Part shown: in pieces, positions 51,623 to 64,000 of the stretch
Layout of the letters: the number at the start of each line of letters is the position of its first letter
Position numbering within the stretch: position 1 is the stretch's first letter
NCBI GenBank assembly: GCA_012295275.1
Contig: CM022675.1
Location: 17,464,440-17,528,439, forward strand
Direction of reading: 5' to 3'
Length of the DNA stretch: 64,000 nucleotides
Source of the DNA: Chrysomallon squamiferum
Lineage: Eukaryota; Animalia; Mollusca
The notes under the pieces: generated by a model
What the model was told of the DNA's origin: nothing
The model's database searches: none
The model's input: the letters and a program-made list of their open reading frames with translations, nothing else
Position numbers and translations under genes: made by a program

Positions 51623-54600
51623 CGTTTAAAGACCTGCTGAAAACAGAACGCATTCAATGCTGTCTGTTACGTGTGCATACGATTGAAAGTTTCGGAGTGA
51701 GAGGTGTTGCGAGGTGTGTTCGTCTCTTGTCAATAAACAGAAACACGCACTACCTCATCGAAATCAGATCTAATGATTAACCCTTAACAGCGTTTAAAGA
51801 CCTGCTTGAGAACTGAACACATTCAATGCTGTCTGTTATGTGTGTGTACGATTGAAAGTTTCGGAGTGCGAGCGGTTGTGAGGTGTGTTCGTCTCTTCTC
51901 AATAAACAGAAACACAGACTACCTCATCGAAATCAGATGTAATGATTAACCCTTAACAGCGTTTAAAGACCTGCTTGAAAACAGAACGCACTCAATGCTG
52001 TCTGTTATGTGTGCATACGATTGAAAGTTTCGGAGAGCGAGCGGTTGCGATGTGTGTTCGTCTCTTCTCAAAAAACAGAAACACGCACTACCTCATCGAT
52101 ATCAGATCTAATGATTAACCCATAACAGCGTTTATAGACCTGCTTGAGAACTGAACGCATTCAATGCTGTCTGTTACGTGTCCGTACAATTCAAAGTTTC
52201 GGAGTACGAGTGGTTGCGAGGTGTGTTCGTCTCTAGTCAATAAACGCACATACCCACCAGCTCATCAAAATCAGATGTAATGATTAACACTTAACAGCGT
52301 TTAAAGAGCTGGTTGAGAACTGAACGCATTCAATGCTGTCTGTTACGTGTCCGTACAATTGAAAGTTTCGGAGTACGAGCGTTTTCGAGATGTGTTCGTC
52401 TCTTGTCAATAAACGCATATACCCACCAGCTCATCAAAATCAGATGTAATGATTAACACTTAACAGCGTTTAAAGACCTGCTTGACAACTGAACGCATTC
52501 AATGCAGTCTGTTATGTGTCTGTACGATTGAAAGTTTCGGAGTGCGAGCGGTTGCGAGGTGTATTCCTCTCTTCTCAATAAACAGAAACATGCACTACAT
52601 CATCGAAATCAGATGTAATGATTAACCCTTAACAGCGTTTAAAGAGCTGGTTGAGAACTGAACGCATTCAATGCTGTCTGTTATGTGTGTGTACGATTGA
52701 AAGTTTCGGAGTGCGAGCGGTTGTGAGGTGTGTTCGTCTCTTCTCAATAAACAGAAACACAGACTACCTCATCGAAATCAGATGTAATGATTAACCCTTA
52801 ACAGCGTTTAAAGACCTGCTTGAAAACAGAACGCACTCAATGCTGTCTGTTATGTGTGCATACGATTGAAAGTTTCGGAGAGCGAGCGGTTGCGATGTGT
52901 GTTCGTCTCTTCTCAAAAAACAGAAACACGCACTACCTCATCGATATCAGATCTAATGATTAACCCATAACAGCGTTTATAGACCTGCTTGAGAACTGAA
53001 CGCATTCAATGCTGTCTGTTACGTGTCCGTACAATTCAAAGTTTCGGAGTACGAGTGGTTGCGAGGTGTGTTCGTCTCTAGTCAATAAACGCACATACCC
53101 ACCAGCTCATCAAAATCAGATGTAATGATTAACCCTTAACAGCGTTTATAGACGTGCTTGAAAACAGAACGCACTCAATGCTGTCTGTTATGTGTGCATA
53201 CGATTGAAAGTTTCGGAGAGCGAGCGGATGCGATGTGTATTCGTCTCTTCTCAAAAAACAGAAACACGCACTACCTCATCGACATCAGATATAATGATTA
53301 ACCCTTAACAGCGCTTAAAGAGCTGCTTGAGAACAGAACGCATTCAATGCTGTCTGTTACGTGTCCATACGATTCAAAGTTTCGGAGTGCGAGTGGTTGC
53401 GAGGTGTGTTCGTCTCTAGTCAATAAACGCACATACCCACCAGCTCATCAAAATCAGATGTAATGATTAACACTTAACAGCGTTTAAAGAGCTGGTTGAG
53501 AACTGAACGCATTCAATGCTGTCTGTTATGTGTGCATCCGATTCAATGTTTCGGATTGCGAGCGGTTCCGATGTGTGTTCGTCTCTTTTCAATAAACAGA
53601 AACACGCACTACCTCATCGAAATCAGATCTAATTATTAACCCTTAACAGCGTTTAAAGACCTGCTTGACAACTGAACGCATTCAATGCAGTCTGTTATGT
53701 GTCTGTACGATTGAAAGTTTCGGAGTGCGAGCGGTTGCGAGGTGTATTCCTCTCTTCTCAATAAACAGAAACATGCACTACATCATCGAAATCAGATGTA
53801 ATGATTAACCCTTAACAGCGTTTAAAGAGCTGGTTGAGAACTGAACGCATTCAATGCTGTCTGTTATGTGTGCATACGGTTAGAAGTTTCGGAATGCGAG
53901 CGGTTGCGAGATGTGTTCGTCTCTTGTCAATAAACGCACATACCCACCAGCTCATCAAAATCAGATGTAATGATTAACCCTCAACAGCGTCTGTAGACCT
54001 GCTTGAAAACAGAACTCATTCAATGCTGTCTGTTATGTGTGCATACGATTCAAAGTTTCGGAGAGCGAGCGGTTGCGAGGTGTGTTCGATTGTTGTCAAT
54101 AAACAGAAACACGGACTACCTCATCGAAATCAGATGTAATGATTAACCCTTAACAGCGTTTAAAGAGCTGGTTGAGAACTGAACGAATTCAATGCTGTCT
54201 GTTATGCGTACATACAATTGAAAGTTTCAGAGTGCGAGCGGTTGCGAGCTGTGTTCGTCTCTTCTCAATAAACAGAAACACGCACTACCTCATCGAAATC
54301 AGATCTAATGATTAACCCTTAGCAGTGTTTAAAGAGCTGCTTGAGAACTGAACGCACTCAATACAGTCGGTTATGTGTGTGTACGATTCAAAGATTCGGA
54401 GTGCGAGCGGTTGCGAGATGTGTTCGTCTCTTGTCAATAAACAGAAACACGCACTACCTCATCGATATCAGATCTAATGATTAACCCTTCACAGCGTTTA
54501 AAGAGCTGGTTGGGAACTGAACGCATTCAATGCTGTCTATTACGTGTCCGTACGATTGAAAGTTTAGGAGGGCGAGCGTTTTCGAGATGTGTTCGTCTCT

Positions 54601-56692
54601 TGTCAATAAACGAACATACACACCAGCTCATCAAAATCAGATGTAATGGTTAACCCTTAACAGCGTTTATAGACCTGCTTGAAAACAGAACGCATTCAAT
54701 GCTGTCTGTTATGTGTGTATACGATTCAAAGTTTCCGACTGCGAGCGGTTGCCAGGTGTGTTCTTCTCTTCACAATAAAAAGAAACAAGCACTACCTCAT
54801 CGAAATCAGATCTAATGATTAACCCTTAACAGCGAGTAAAGAGCTGGTTGAGAACAGAACGCATTCAATGCAGTCTGTTATGTGTGCATACGACTGAAAG
54901 TTTCCGAGTGCGAGCCGTTGCGAGGTGTGTTCATTTCTTGTCAATAAACGCACATACCCAGCAGCTCATCAAAATCAGATGTAATGATTAACCCTTAACA
55001 GCGTTTATAGACCTGCTTGAAAACAGAAGCATTCAATGCTGTCTGTTATGTCTGTATACGAATCAAAGCTTCGGAGTGCGAGCGGTTGCGAGGTGTGTTC
55101 GTCTCTTCACAGTAAACAGAAACACGCACTACCTCCTCGAAATCAGATCTAATGATTAACCCTTAACAGCGAGTAAAGAGCTGGTTGAGAACTGAACGCA
55201 TTCAATGCTGTCTGTAACGTGTCCATACGATTGGAAGTTACGGACTGCGAGTGATTGTGAGATTTGTTGGACTATAGTCAAGAAACAGAAACACGCACTA
55301 CCTCATCGAAATCACATGTAATGAATAACCCTTAACAGCGAGTAAAGAGCTGTTAGAGAACTGAACGCATTCAATGCTGTCTATTATGCGTACATACGAT
55401 TGGAAATTACGGAGTGCGAGCCGTTGCGAGGTGTGTTCGTCTCTTCACAATAAACAGAAACACGCACTACCTCATCGAAATCATATGTAATGATTAACCC
55501 TTAACAGCGAGTAAAGACCTGTTAGAGAACTGAACGCATTCAATGCTGTGTGTTACGTGTGTATACGATTCAAAGTTTCGGAGTGCGAGCGGTTCCGAGC
55601 TGTGTTCGTCTCTTCTCAATAAACAGAAACACGCACTACCTCATCAATATCAGATGTAATGATTAACCCTTAACAGGGTTTATAGACGTGCTTGAAAACA
55701 GAACGCATTCAATGCTGTGTGTTACGTGTGTATACGATTCAAAGTTTCGGAGTGCGAGCGGTTCCGAGCTGTGTTCGTCTCTTCTCAATAAACAGAAACA
55801 CGCACTACCTCATCAATATCAGATGTAATGATTAACCCTTAACAGGGTTTATAGACGTGCTTGAAAACAGAACGCATTTCACGCTGTCTGTTACGTATCC
55901 ATACGATTGAAAGTTTCCGAGTGCGAGCGGTTGCGAGGTGTGTTCGTCTCTGTTCAATAAACGCACATACCCAGAAGCTCATTAAAATCAGATTCAATGA
56001 TTAACACTTAACAGCGTTTATAGACCTGCTTGAGAACTGAACGCATTCAATGCTGTCTGTTACGTGTGTATACGATTCAAAGTTTCGGAGTGCGAGCGGT
56101 TCCGAGCTGTGTTCGTCTCTTCTCAATAAACAGAAACACGCATTACCTCATCAGTATCAGATGTAATCATTAACCCTTAACAGCGTTTATAGACCTGCTT
56201 GAAAACAGAATGCATTTAATGCTGTCTGTTACGTATCCATACGATTGAAAGTTTCCCAGTGCGAGCGGTTGCGAGGTGTGTTCGTCTCTTGTCAATAAAC
56301 GCACATACCCACCAGCTCATCAAAATCAGATGTAATGATTAACCCTTAACAGCGTTTATAGACCTGCTTGAAAACAGAACGCATTCAATACTGTCTATTA
56401 TGTGTGTATACGATTCAAACATTCGGAGTGCGAGTGCTTGCGAGATGTGTTGGTCTCTTGTCAAGAAACAGAAACAAGCACTACCTCATCGAAATCAGAT
56501 CTAATGATTAACTCTTAACAACGGTTAAAGACATGCTTTAGAACTAAACGCATTCAATGCAGTCTGTTATGTGTGGATACGACTGAAAGTTTCGGAGTCC
56601 GAGCGGTTCCGAGCTGTGTTCGTTTCTTCTCAATAAACAGAAAAACGCATTACGTCATCAATATCACATGTAATGATTAACCCTTTAACAGC
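51622..56692 (+). repeat. 169-bp satellite, diverged (older) layer, ~30 monomers
   Basis: 169-bp periodicity of aatgattaacccttaacagcgtttaaag with many substitutions. Two subtypes are present (cagaaacacgcactacctcatc and cgcacatacccaccagctcatc). Confidence 0.97.
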
Positions 56693-56695
56693 ATT

Positions 56696-59600
56696 TTTCG
56701 TCTCTTCTCAACAAACAGAAACACGCACTACCTCATCAAAATCAGATGCAATGATTAACCCTTTACACCGTTTAAACAACTGCTTGAGATCTGAACGCCT
56801 TCAATGCAGTCTCTTATGTGTGCGTACGATTGAAAGTTTCGGTGTGCGAGCGGTTGCGACGGGTGTTCGTCTCTTCTCAACAAACAGAAACACGCACTAC
56901 CTCATCAAAATCAGATGCAATGATTAACCCTTTACACCGTTTAAACAACTGCTTGAGATCTGAACGCCTTCAATGCAGTCTCTTATGTGTGTCTACGATT
57001 GAAAGTTTCGGTGTGCGAGCGGTTGCGAGGGGTGTTCGTCTCTTCTCAACAAACAGAAACACGCACTACCTCATCAAAATCAGATGCAATGATTAACCCT
57101 TTACACCGTTTAAACAACTGCTTGAGATCTGAACGCCTTCAATGCAGTCTCTTATGTGTGCGTACGATTGAAAGTTTCGGTGTGCGAGCGGTTGCGACGG
57201 GTGTTCGTCTCTTCTCAACAAACAGAAACACGCACTACCTCATCGAAATCAGATGTAATGATTAACCCTTTACCCCGTTTAAACACCTGCTAGAGATCTC
57301 AACGCCTTTAAAGCAGTCTCTTATGTGTGCGTACGATTGAAAGTTTCGGTGTGCGAGCGGTTGCGACGGGTGTTCGTCTCTTCTCAACAAACAGAAACAC
57401 GCACTACCTCATCAAAATCAGATGCAATGATTAACCCTTTACCGTTTAAACAACTGCTTGAGATCTGAACGCCTTCAATGCAGTCTCTTATGTGTGCGTA
57501 CGATTGAAAGTTTCGGTGTGCGAGCGGTTGCGACGGGTGTTCGTCTCTTCTCAACAAACAGAAACACGCACTACCTCATCAAAATCAGATGCAATGATTA
57601 ACCCTTTACACCGTTTAAACAACTGCTTGAGATCTGAACGCCTTCAATGCAGTCTCTTATGTGTGCGTACGATTGAAAGTTTCGGTGTGCGAGCGGTTGC
57701 GACGGGTGTTCGTCTCTTCTCAACAAACAGAAACACGCACTACCTCATCAAAATCAGATGCAATGATTAACCCTTTACACCGTTTAAACAACTGCTTGAG
57801 ATCTGAACGCCTTCAATGCAGTCTCTTATGTGTGCGTACGATTGAAAGTTTCGGTGTGCGAGCGGTTGCGACGGGTGTTCGTCTCTTCTCAACAAACAGA
57901 AACACGCACTACCTCATCAAAATCAGATGCAATGATTAACCCTTTACACCGTTTAAACAACTGCTTGAGATCTGAACGCCTTCAATGCAGTCTCTTATGT
58001 GTGCGTACGATTGAAAGTTTCGGTGTGCGAGCGGTTGCGACGGGTGTTCGTCTCTTCTCAACAAACAGAAACACGCACTACCTCATCAAAATCAGATGCA
58101 ATGATTAACCCTTTACACCGTTTAAACAACTGCTTGAGATCTGAACGCCTTCAATGCAGTCTCTTATGTGTGCGTACGATTGAAAGTTTCGGTGTGCGAG
58201 CGGTTGCGACGGGTGTTCGTCTCTTCTCAACAAACAGAAACACGCACTACCTCATCAAAATCAGATGCAATGATTAACCCTTTACACCGTTTAAACAACT
58301 GCTTGAGATCTGAACGCCTTCAATGCAGTCTCTTATGTGTGCGTACGATTGAAAGTTTCGGTGTGCGAGCGGTTGCGACGGGTGTTCGTCTCTTCTCAAC
58401 AAACAGAAACACGCACTACCTCATCAAAATCAGATGCAATGATTAACCCTTTACACCGTTTAAAAACAACTGCTTGAGATCTGAACGCCTTCAATGCAGT
58501 CTCTTTATGTGTGCGTACGATTGAAAGTTTCGGTGTGCGAGCGGTTGCGACGGGTGTTCGTCTCTTCTCAACAAACAGAAACACGCACTACCTCATCAAA
58601 ATCAGATGCAATGATTAACCCTTTACACCGTTTAAACAACTGCTTGAGATCTGAACGCCTTCAATGCAGTCTCTTATGTGTGCGTACGATTGAAAGTTTC
58701 GGTGTGCGAGCGGTTGCGACGGGTGTTCGTCTCTTCTCAACAAACAGAAACACGCACTACCTCATCAAAATCAGATGCAATGATTAACCCTTTACACCGT
58801 TTAAACAACTGCTTGAGATCTGAACGCCTTCAATGCAGTCTCTTATGTGTGCGTACGATTGAAAGTTTCGGTGTGCGAGCGGTTGCGACGGGTGTTCGTC
58901 TCTTCTCAACAAACAGAAACACGCACTACCTCATCAAAATCAGATGCAATGATTAACCCTTTACACCGTTTAAACAACTGCTTGAGATCTGAACGCCTTC
59001 AATGCAGTCTCTTATGTGTGCGTACGATTGAAAGTTTCGGTGTGCGAGCGGTTGCGACGGGTGTTCGTCTCTTCTCAACAAACAGAAACACGCACTACCT
59101 CATCAAAATCAGATGCAATGATTAACCCTTTACACCGTTTAAACAACTGCTTGAGATCTGAACGCCTTCAATGCAGTCTCTTATGTGTGCGTACGATTGA
59201 AAGTTTCGGTGTGCGAGCGGTTGCGACGGGTGTTCGTCTCTTCTCAACAAACAGAAACACGCACTACCTCATCAAAATCAGATGCAATGATTAACCCTTT
59301 ACACCGTTTAAACAACTGCTTGAGATCTGAACGCCTTCAATGCAGTCTCTTATGTGTGCGTACGATTGAAAGTTTCGGTGTGCGAGCGGTTGCGACGGGT
59401 GTTCGTCTCTTCTCAACAAACAGAAACACGCACTACCTCTGATCAAAATCAGATGCAATGATTAACCCTTTACACCGTTTAAACAACTGCTTGAGATCTG
59501 AACGCCTTCAATGCAGTCTCTTATGTGTGCGTACGATTGAAAGTTTCGGTGTGCGAGCGGTTGCGACGGGTGTTCGTCTCTTCTCAACAAACAGAAACAC

Positions 59601-62600
59601 GCACTACCTCATCAAAATCAGATGCAATGATTAACCCTTTACACCGTTTAAACAACTGCTTGAGATCTGAACGCCTTCAATGCAGTCTCTTTTATGTGTG
59701 CGTACGATTGAAAGTTTCGGTGTGCGAGCGGTTGCGACGGGTGTTCGTCTCTTCTCAACAAACAGAAACACGCACTACCTCATCAAAATCAGATGCAATG
59801 ATTAACCCTTTACACCGTTTAAACAACTGCTTGAGATCTGAACGCCTTCAATGCAGTCTCTTATGTGTGCGTACGATTGAAAGTTTCGGTGTGCGAGCGG
59901 TTGCGACGGGTGTTCGTCTCTTCTCAACAAAACAGAAAACACGCACTACCTCATCAAAATCAGATGCAATGATTAACCCTTTACACCGTTTAAACAACTG
60001 CTTGAGATCTGAACGCCTTCAATGCAGTCTCTTATGTGTGCGTACGATTGAAAGTTTCGGTGTGCGAGCGGTTGCGACGGGTGTTCGTCTCTTCTCAACA
60101 AACAGAAACACGCACTACCTCATCAAAATCAGATGTAATGATTAACCCTTTACCCCGTTTAAACAACTGCTTGAGATCTGAACGCCTTCAATGCAGTCTC
60201 TTATGTGTGCGTACGATTGAAAGTTTCGGTGTGCGAGCGGTTGCGACGGGTGTTCGTCTCTTCTCAACAAACAGAAACACGCACTACCTCATCAAAATCA
60301 GATGCAATGATTAACCCTTTACACCGTTTAAACAACTGCTTGAGATCTGAACGCCTTCAATGCAGTCTCTTATGTGTGCGTACGATTGAAAGTTTCGGTG
60401 TGCGAGCGGTTGCGAGGTGTGTTCGTCTCTTCTCAACAAACAGAAACACGCACTACCTCATCAAAATCAGATGCAATGATTAACCCTTTACACCGTTTAA
60501 ACAACTGCTTGAGATCTGAACGCCTTCAATGCAGTCTCTTATGTGTGCGTACGATTGAAAGTTTCGGTGTGCGAGCGGTTGCGACGGGTGTTCGTCTCTT
60601 CTCAACAAACAGAAACACGCACTACCTCATCAAAATCAGATGCAATGATTAACCCTTTACACCGTTTAAACAACTGCTTGAGATCTGAACGCCTTCAATG
60701 CAGTCTCTTATGTGTGCGTACGATTGAAAGTTTCGGTGTGCGAGCGGTTGCGACGGGTGTTCGTCTCTTCTCAACAAACAGAAACACGCACTACCTCATC
60801 AAAATCAGATGCAATGATTAACCCTTTACACCGTTTAAACAACTGCTTGAGATCTGAACGCCTTCAATGCAGTCTCTTATGTGTGCGTACGATTGAAAGT
60901 TTCGGTGTGCGAGCGGTTGCGACGGGTGTTCGTCTCTTCTCAACAAACAGAAACACGCACTACCTCATCAAAATCAGATGCAATGATTAACCCTTTACAC
61001 CGTTTAAACAACTGCTTGAGATCTGAACGCCTTCAATGCAGTCTCTTATGTGTGCGTACGATTGAAAGTTTCGGTGTGCGAGCGATTGCGACGGGTGTTC
61101 GTCTCTTCTCAACAAACAGAAACACGCACTACCTCATCAAAATCAGATGCAATGATTAACCCTTTACACCGTTTAAACAACTGCTTGAGATCTGAACGCC
61201 TTCAATGCAGTCTCTTGTGTGTGTACGATTGAAAGTTTCGGTGTGCGAGCGGTTGCGACGGGTGTTCGTCTCTTCTCAACAAACAGAAACACGCACTACC
61301 TCATCAAAATCAGATGCAATGATTAACCCTTTACACCGTTTAAACAACTGCTTGAGATCTGAACGCCTTCAATGCAGTCTCTTATGTGTGCGTACGATTG
61401 AAAGTTTCGTGTGCGAGCGGTTGCGACGGGTGTTCGTCTCTTCTCAACAAACAGAAACACGCACTACCTCATCAAAATCAGATGCAATGATTAACCCTTT
61501 ACACCGTTTAAACAACTGCTTGAGATCTGAACGCCTTCAATGCAGTCTCTTATGTGTGCGTACGATTGAAAGTTTCGGTGTGCGAGCGGTTGCGACGGGT
61601 GTTCGTCTCTTCTCAACAAACAGAAACACGCACTACCTCATCAAAATCAGATGCAATGATTAACCCTTTACACCGTTTAAACAACTGCTTGAGATCTGAA
61701 CGCCTTCAATGCAGTCTCTTATGTGTGCGTACGATTGAAAGTTTCGGTGTGCGAGCGGTTGCGACGGGTGTTCGTCTCTTCTCAACAAACAGAAACACGC
61801 ACTACCTCATCAAAATCAGATGCAATGATTAACCCTTTACACCGTTTAAACAACTGCTTGAGATCTGAACGCCTTCAATGCAGTCTCTTATGTGTGCGTA
61901 CGATTGAAAGTTTCGGTGTGCGAGCGGTTGCGACGGGTGTTCGTCTCTTCTCAACAAACAGAAACACGCACTACCTCATCAAAATCAGATGCAATGATTA
62001 ACCCTTTACACCGTTTAAACAACTGCTTGAGATCTGAACGCCTTCAATGCAGTCTCTTATGTGTGCGTACGATTGAAAGTTTCGGTGTGCGAGCGATTGC
62101 GACGGGTGTTCGTCTCTTCTCAACAAACAGAAACACGCACTACCTCATCAAAATCAGATGCAATGATTAACCCTTTACACCGTTTAAACAACTGCTTGAG
62201 ATCTGAACGCCTTCAATGCAGTCTTTTATGTGTGCGTACGATTGAAAGTTTCGGTGTGCGAGCGGTTGCGACGGGTGTTCGTCTCTTCTCAACAAACAGA
62301 AACACGCACTACCTCATCAAAATCAGATGCAATGATTAACCCTTTACACCGTTTAAACAACTGCTTGAGATCTGAACGCCTTCAATGCAGTCTCTTATGT
62401 GTGCGTACGATTGAAAGTTTCGGTGTGCGAGCGGTTGCGACGGGTGTTCGTCTCTTCTCAACAAACAGAAACACGCACTACCTCATCAAAATCAGATGCA
62501 ATGATTAACCCTTTACACCGTTTAAACAACTGCTTGAGATCTGAACGCCTTCAATGCAGTCTCTTATGTGTGCGTACGATTGAAAGTTTCGGTGTGCGAG

Positions 62601-64000
62601 CGGTTGCGACGGGTGTTCGTCTCTTCTCAACAAACAGAAACACGCACTACCTCATCAAAATCAGATGCAATGATTAACCCTTTACACCGTTTAAACAACT
62701 GCTTGAGATCTGAACGCCTTCAATGCAGCAGTCTCTTATGTGTGCGTACGATTGAAAGTTTCGGTGTGCGAGCGGTTGCGACGGGTGTTCGTCTCTTCTC
62801 AACAAACAGAAACACGCACTACCTCATCAAAATCAGATGCAATGATTAACCCTTTACACCGTTTAAACAACTGCTTGAGATCTGAACGCCTTCAATGCAG
62901 TCTCTTATGTGTGCGTACGATTGAAAGTTTTTCGGTGTGCGAGCGGTTGCGACGGGTGTTCGTCTCTTCTCAACAAACAGAAACACGCACTACCTCATCA
63001 AAATCAGATGCAATGATTAACCCTTTACACCGTTTAAACAACTGCTTGAGATCTGAACGCCTTCAATGCAGTCTCTTATGTGTGCGTACGATTGAAAGTT
63101 TCGGTGTGCGAGCGGTTGCGACGGGTGTTCGTCTCTTCTCAACAAACAGAAACACGCACTACCTCATCAAAATCAGATGCAATGATTAACCCTTTACCCC
63201 GTTTAAACAACTGCTTGAGATCTGAACGCCTTCAATGCAGTCTCTTATGTGTGCGTACGATTGAAAGTTTCGGTGTGCGAGCGATTGCGACGGGTGTTCG
63301 TCTCTTCTCAACAAACAGAAACACGCACTACCTCATCAAAATCAGATGCAATGATTAACCCTTTACACCGTTTAAACAACTGCTTGAGATCTGAACGCCT
63401 TCAATGCAGTCTCTTATGTGTCTCTTATGTGTGCGTACGATTGAAAGTTTCGGTGTGCGAGCGGTTGCGACGGGTGTTCGTCTCTTCTCAACAAACAGAA
63501 ACACGCACTACCTCATCAAAATCAGATGCAATGATTAACCCTTTACACCGTTTAAACAACTGCTTGAGATCTGAACGCCTTCAATGCAGTCTCTTATGTG
63601 TGCGTACGATTGAAAGTTTCGGTGTGCGAGCGGTTGCGACGGGTGTTCGTCTCTTCTCAACAAACAGAAACACGCACTACCTCATCAAAATCAGATGCAA
63701 TGATTAACCCTTTACACCGTTTAAACAACTGCTTGAGATCTGAACGCCTTCAATGCAGTCTCTTATGTGTGCGTACGATTGAAAGTTTCGGTGTGCGAGC
63801 GGTTGCGACGGGTGTTCGTCTCTTCTCAACAAACAGAAACACGCACTACCTCATCAAAATCAGATGCAATGATTAACCCTTTACACCGTTTAAACAACTG
63901 CTTGAGATCTGAACGCCTTCAATGCAGTCTCTTATGTGTGCGTACGATTGAAAGTTTCGGTGTGCGAGCGGTTGCGAGGTGCGTTCGTCTCTTCTCAACA
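56696..64000 (+). repeat. 169-bp satellite, homogeneous (young) layer, ~43 near-identical monomers running off the window end
   Basis: Unit ...ccctttacaccgtttaaacaactgcttgagatctgaacgccttcaatgcagtctcttatgtgtgcgtacgattgaaagtttcggtgtgcgagcggttgcgacggg... The ORF track repeats every 169 bp. Confidence 0.99.

Noticed and set aside
56836-56864. CENP-B box in the satellite (tttcggtgtgcgagcggtt)
   Set aside because: The spacing between TTCG and CGG is 9 rather than 7, and the conserved A and CGGG are not matched.
58440-63430. Small indel variants in the homogeneous array (e.g. aaaaacaac, ctctgatc, gcagcagt, duplicated tctcttatgtg)
   Set aside because: They are singletons at homopolymers or short repeats, typical of long-read consensus errors. 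They cannot be treated as biology without reads.
56673-63876. Dozens of 92-aa ORFs (MCVRLKVSVCERL...)
   Set aside because: They are by-products of a 169-bp unit that is not a multiple of 3. They mostly start at GTG, have no promoter or splice context, and are closed in the diverged layer.
51622-64000. CRISPR array or rDNA/5S/tRNA tandem array
   Set aside because: There are no unique spacers or cas genes, the context is eukaryotic, and the unit has no 5S, tRNA or snRNA consensus.

Overview
AT-rich, intron-rich animal genomic DNA (an invertebrate, probably lophotrochozoan; this is inference). It holds the last two exons of CCT5 (+, 3595-4285). It also holds a complete 24-exon kinesin-3 gene of the KIF28/KLP-6 type (+, 7920-36258, 1016 aa by my exon join). 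That gene has an AT-AC minor-spliceosome (U12) first intron, tandem RFX X-box-like promoter motifs and a C-terminal CaaX box (CILL*). A CpG-rich, probably bidirectional promoter zone lies at ~41.1-43.4 kb. An unrecognised multi-exon gene with an internally duplicated acidic module follows (+, ~44.4-48.5 kb). From ~49.9 kb to the end is a layered satellite domain: a ~400-bp-arm inverted repeat, inverted degenerate monomers, ~30 diverged 169-bp monomers, then ~43 near-identical 169-bp monomers. Introns and intergenic DNA contain decayed DD41D, MULE, hAT, RTE-like and Penelope-like fragments, MITEs, minisatellites and microsatellites. All exon calls were made by hand from splice signals and reading frames. 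No database searches were run.
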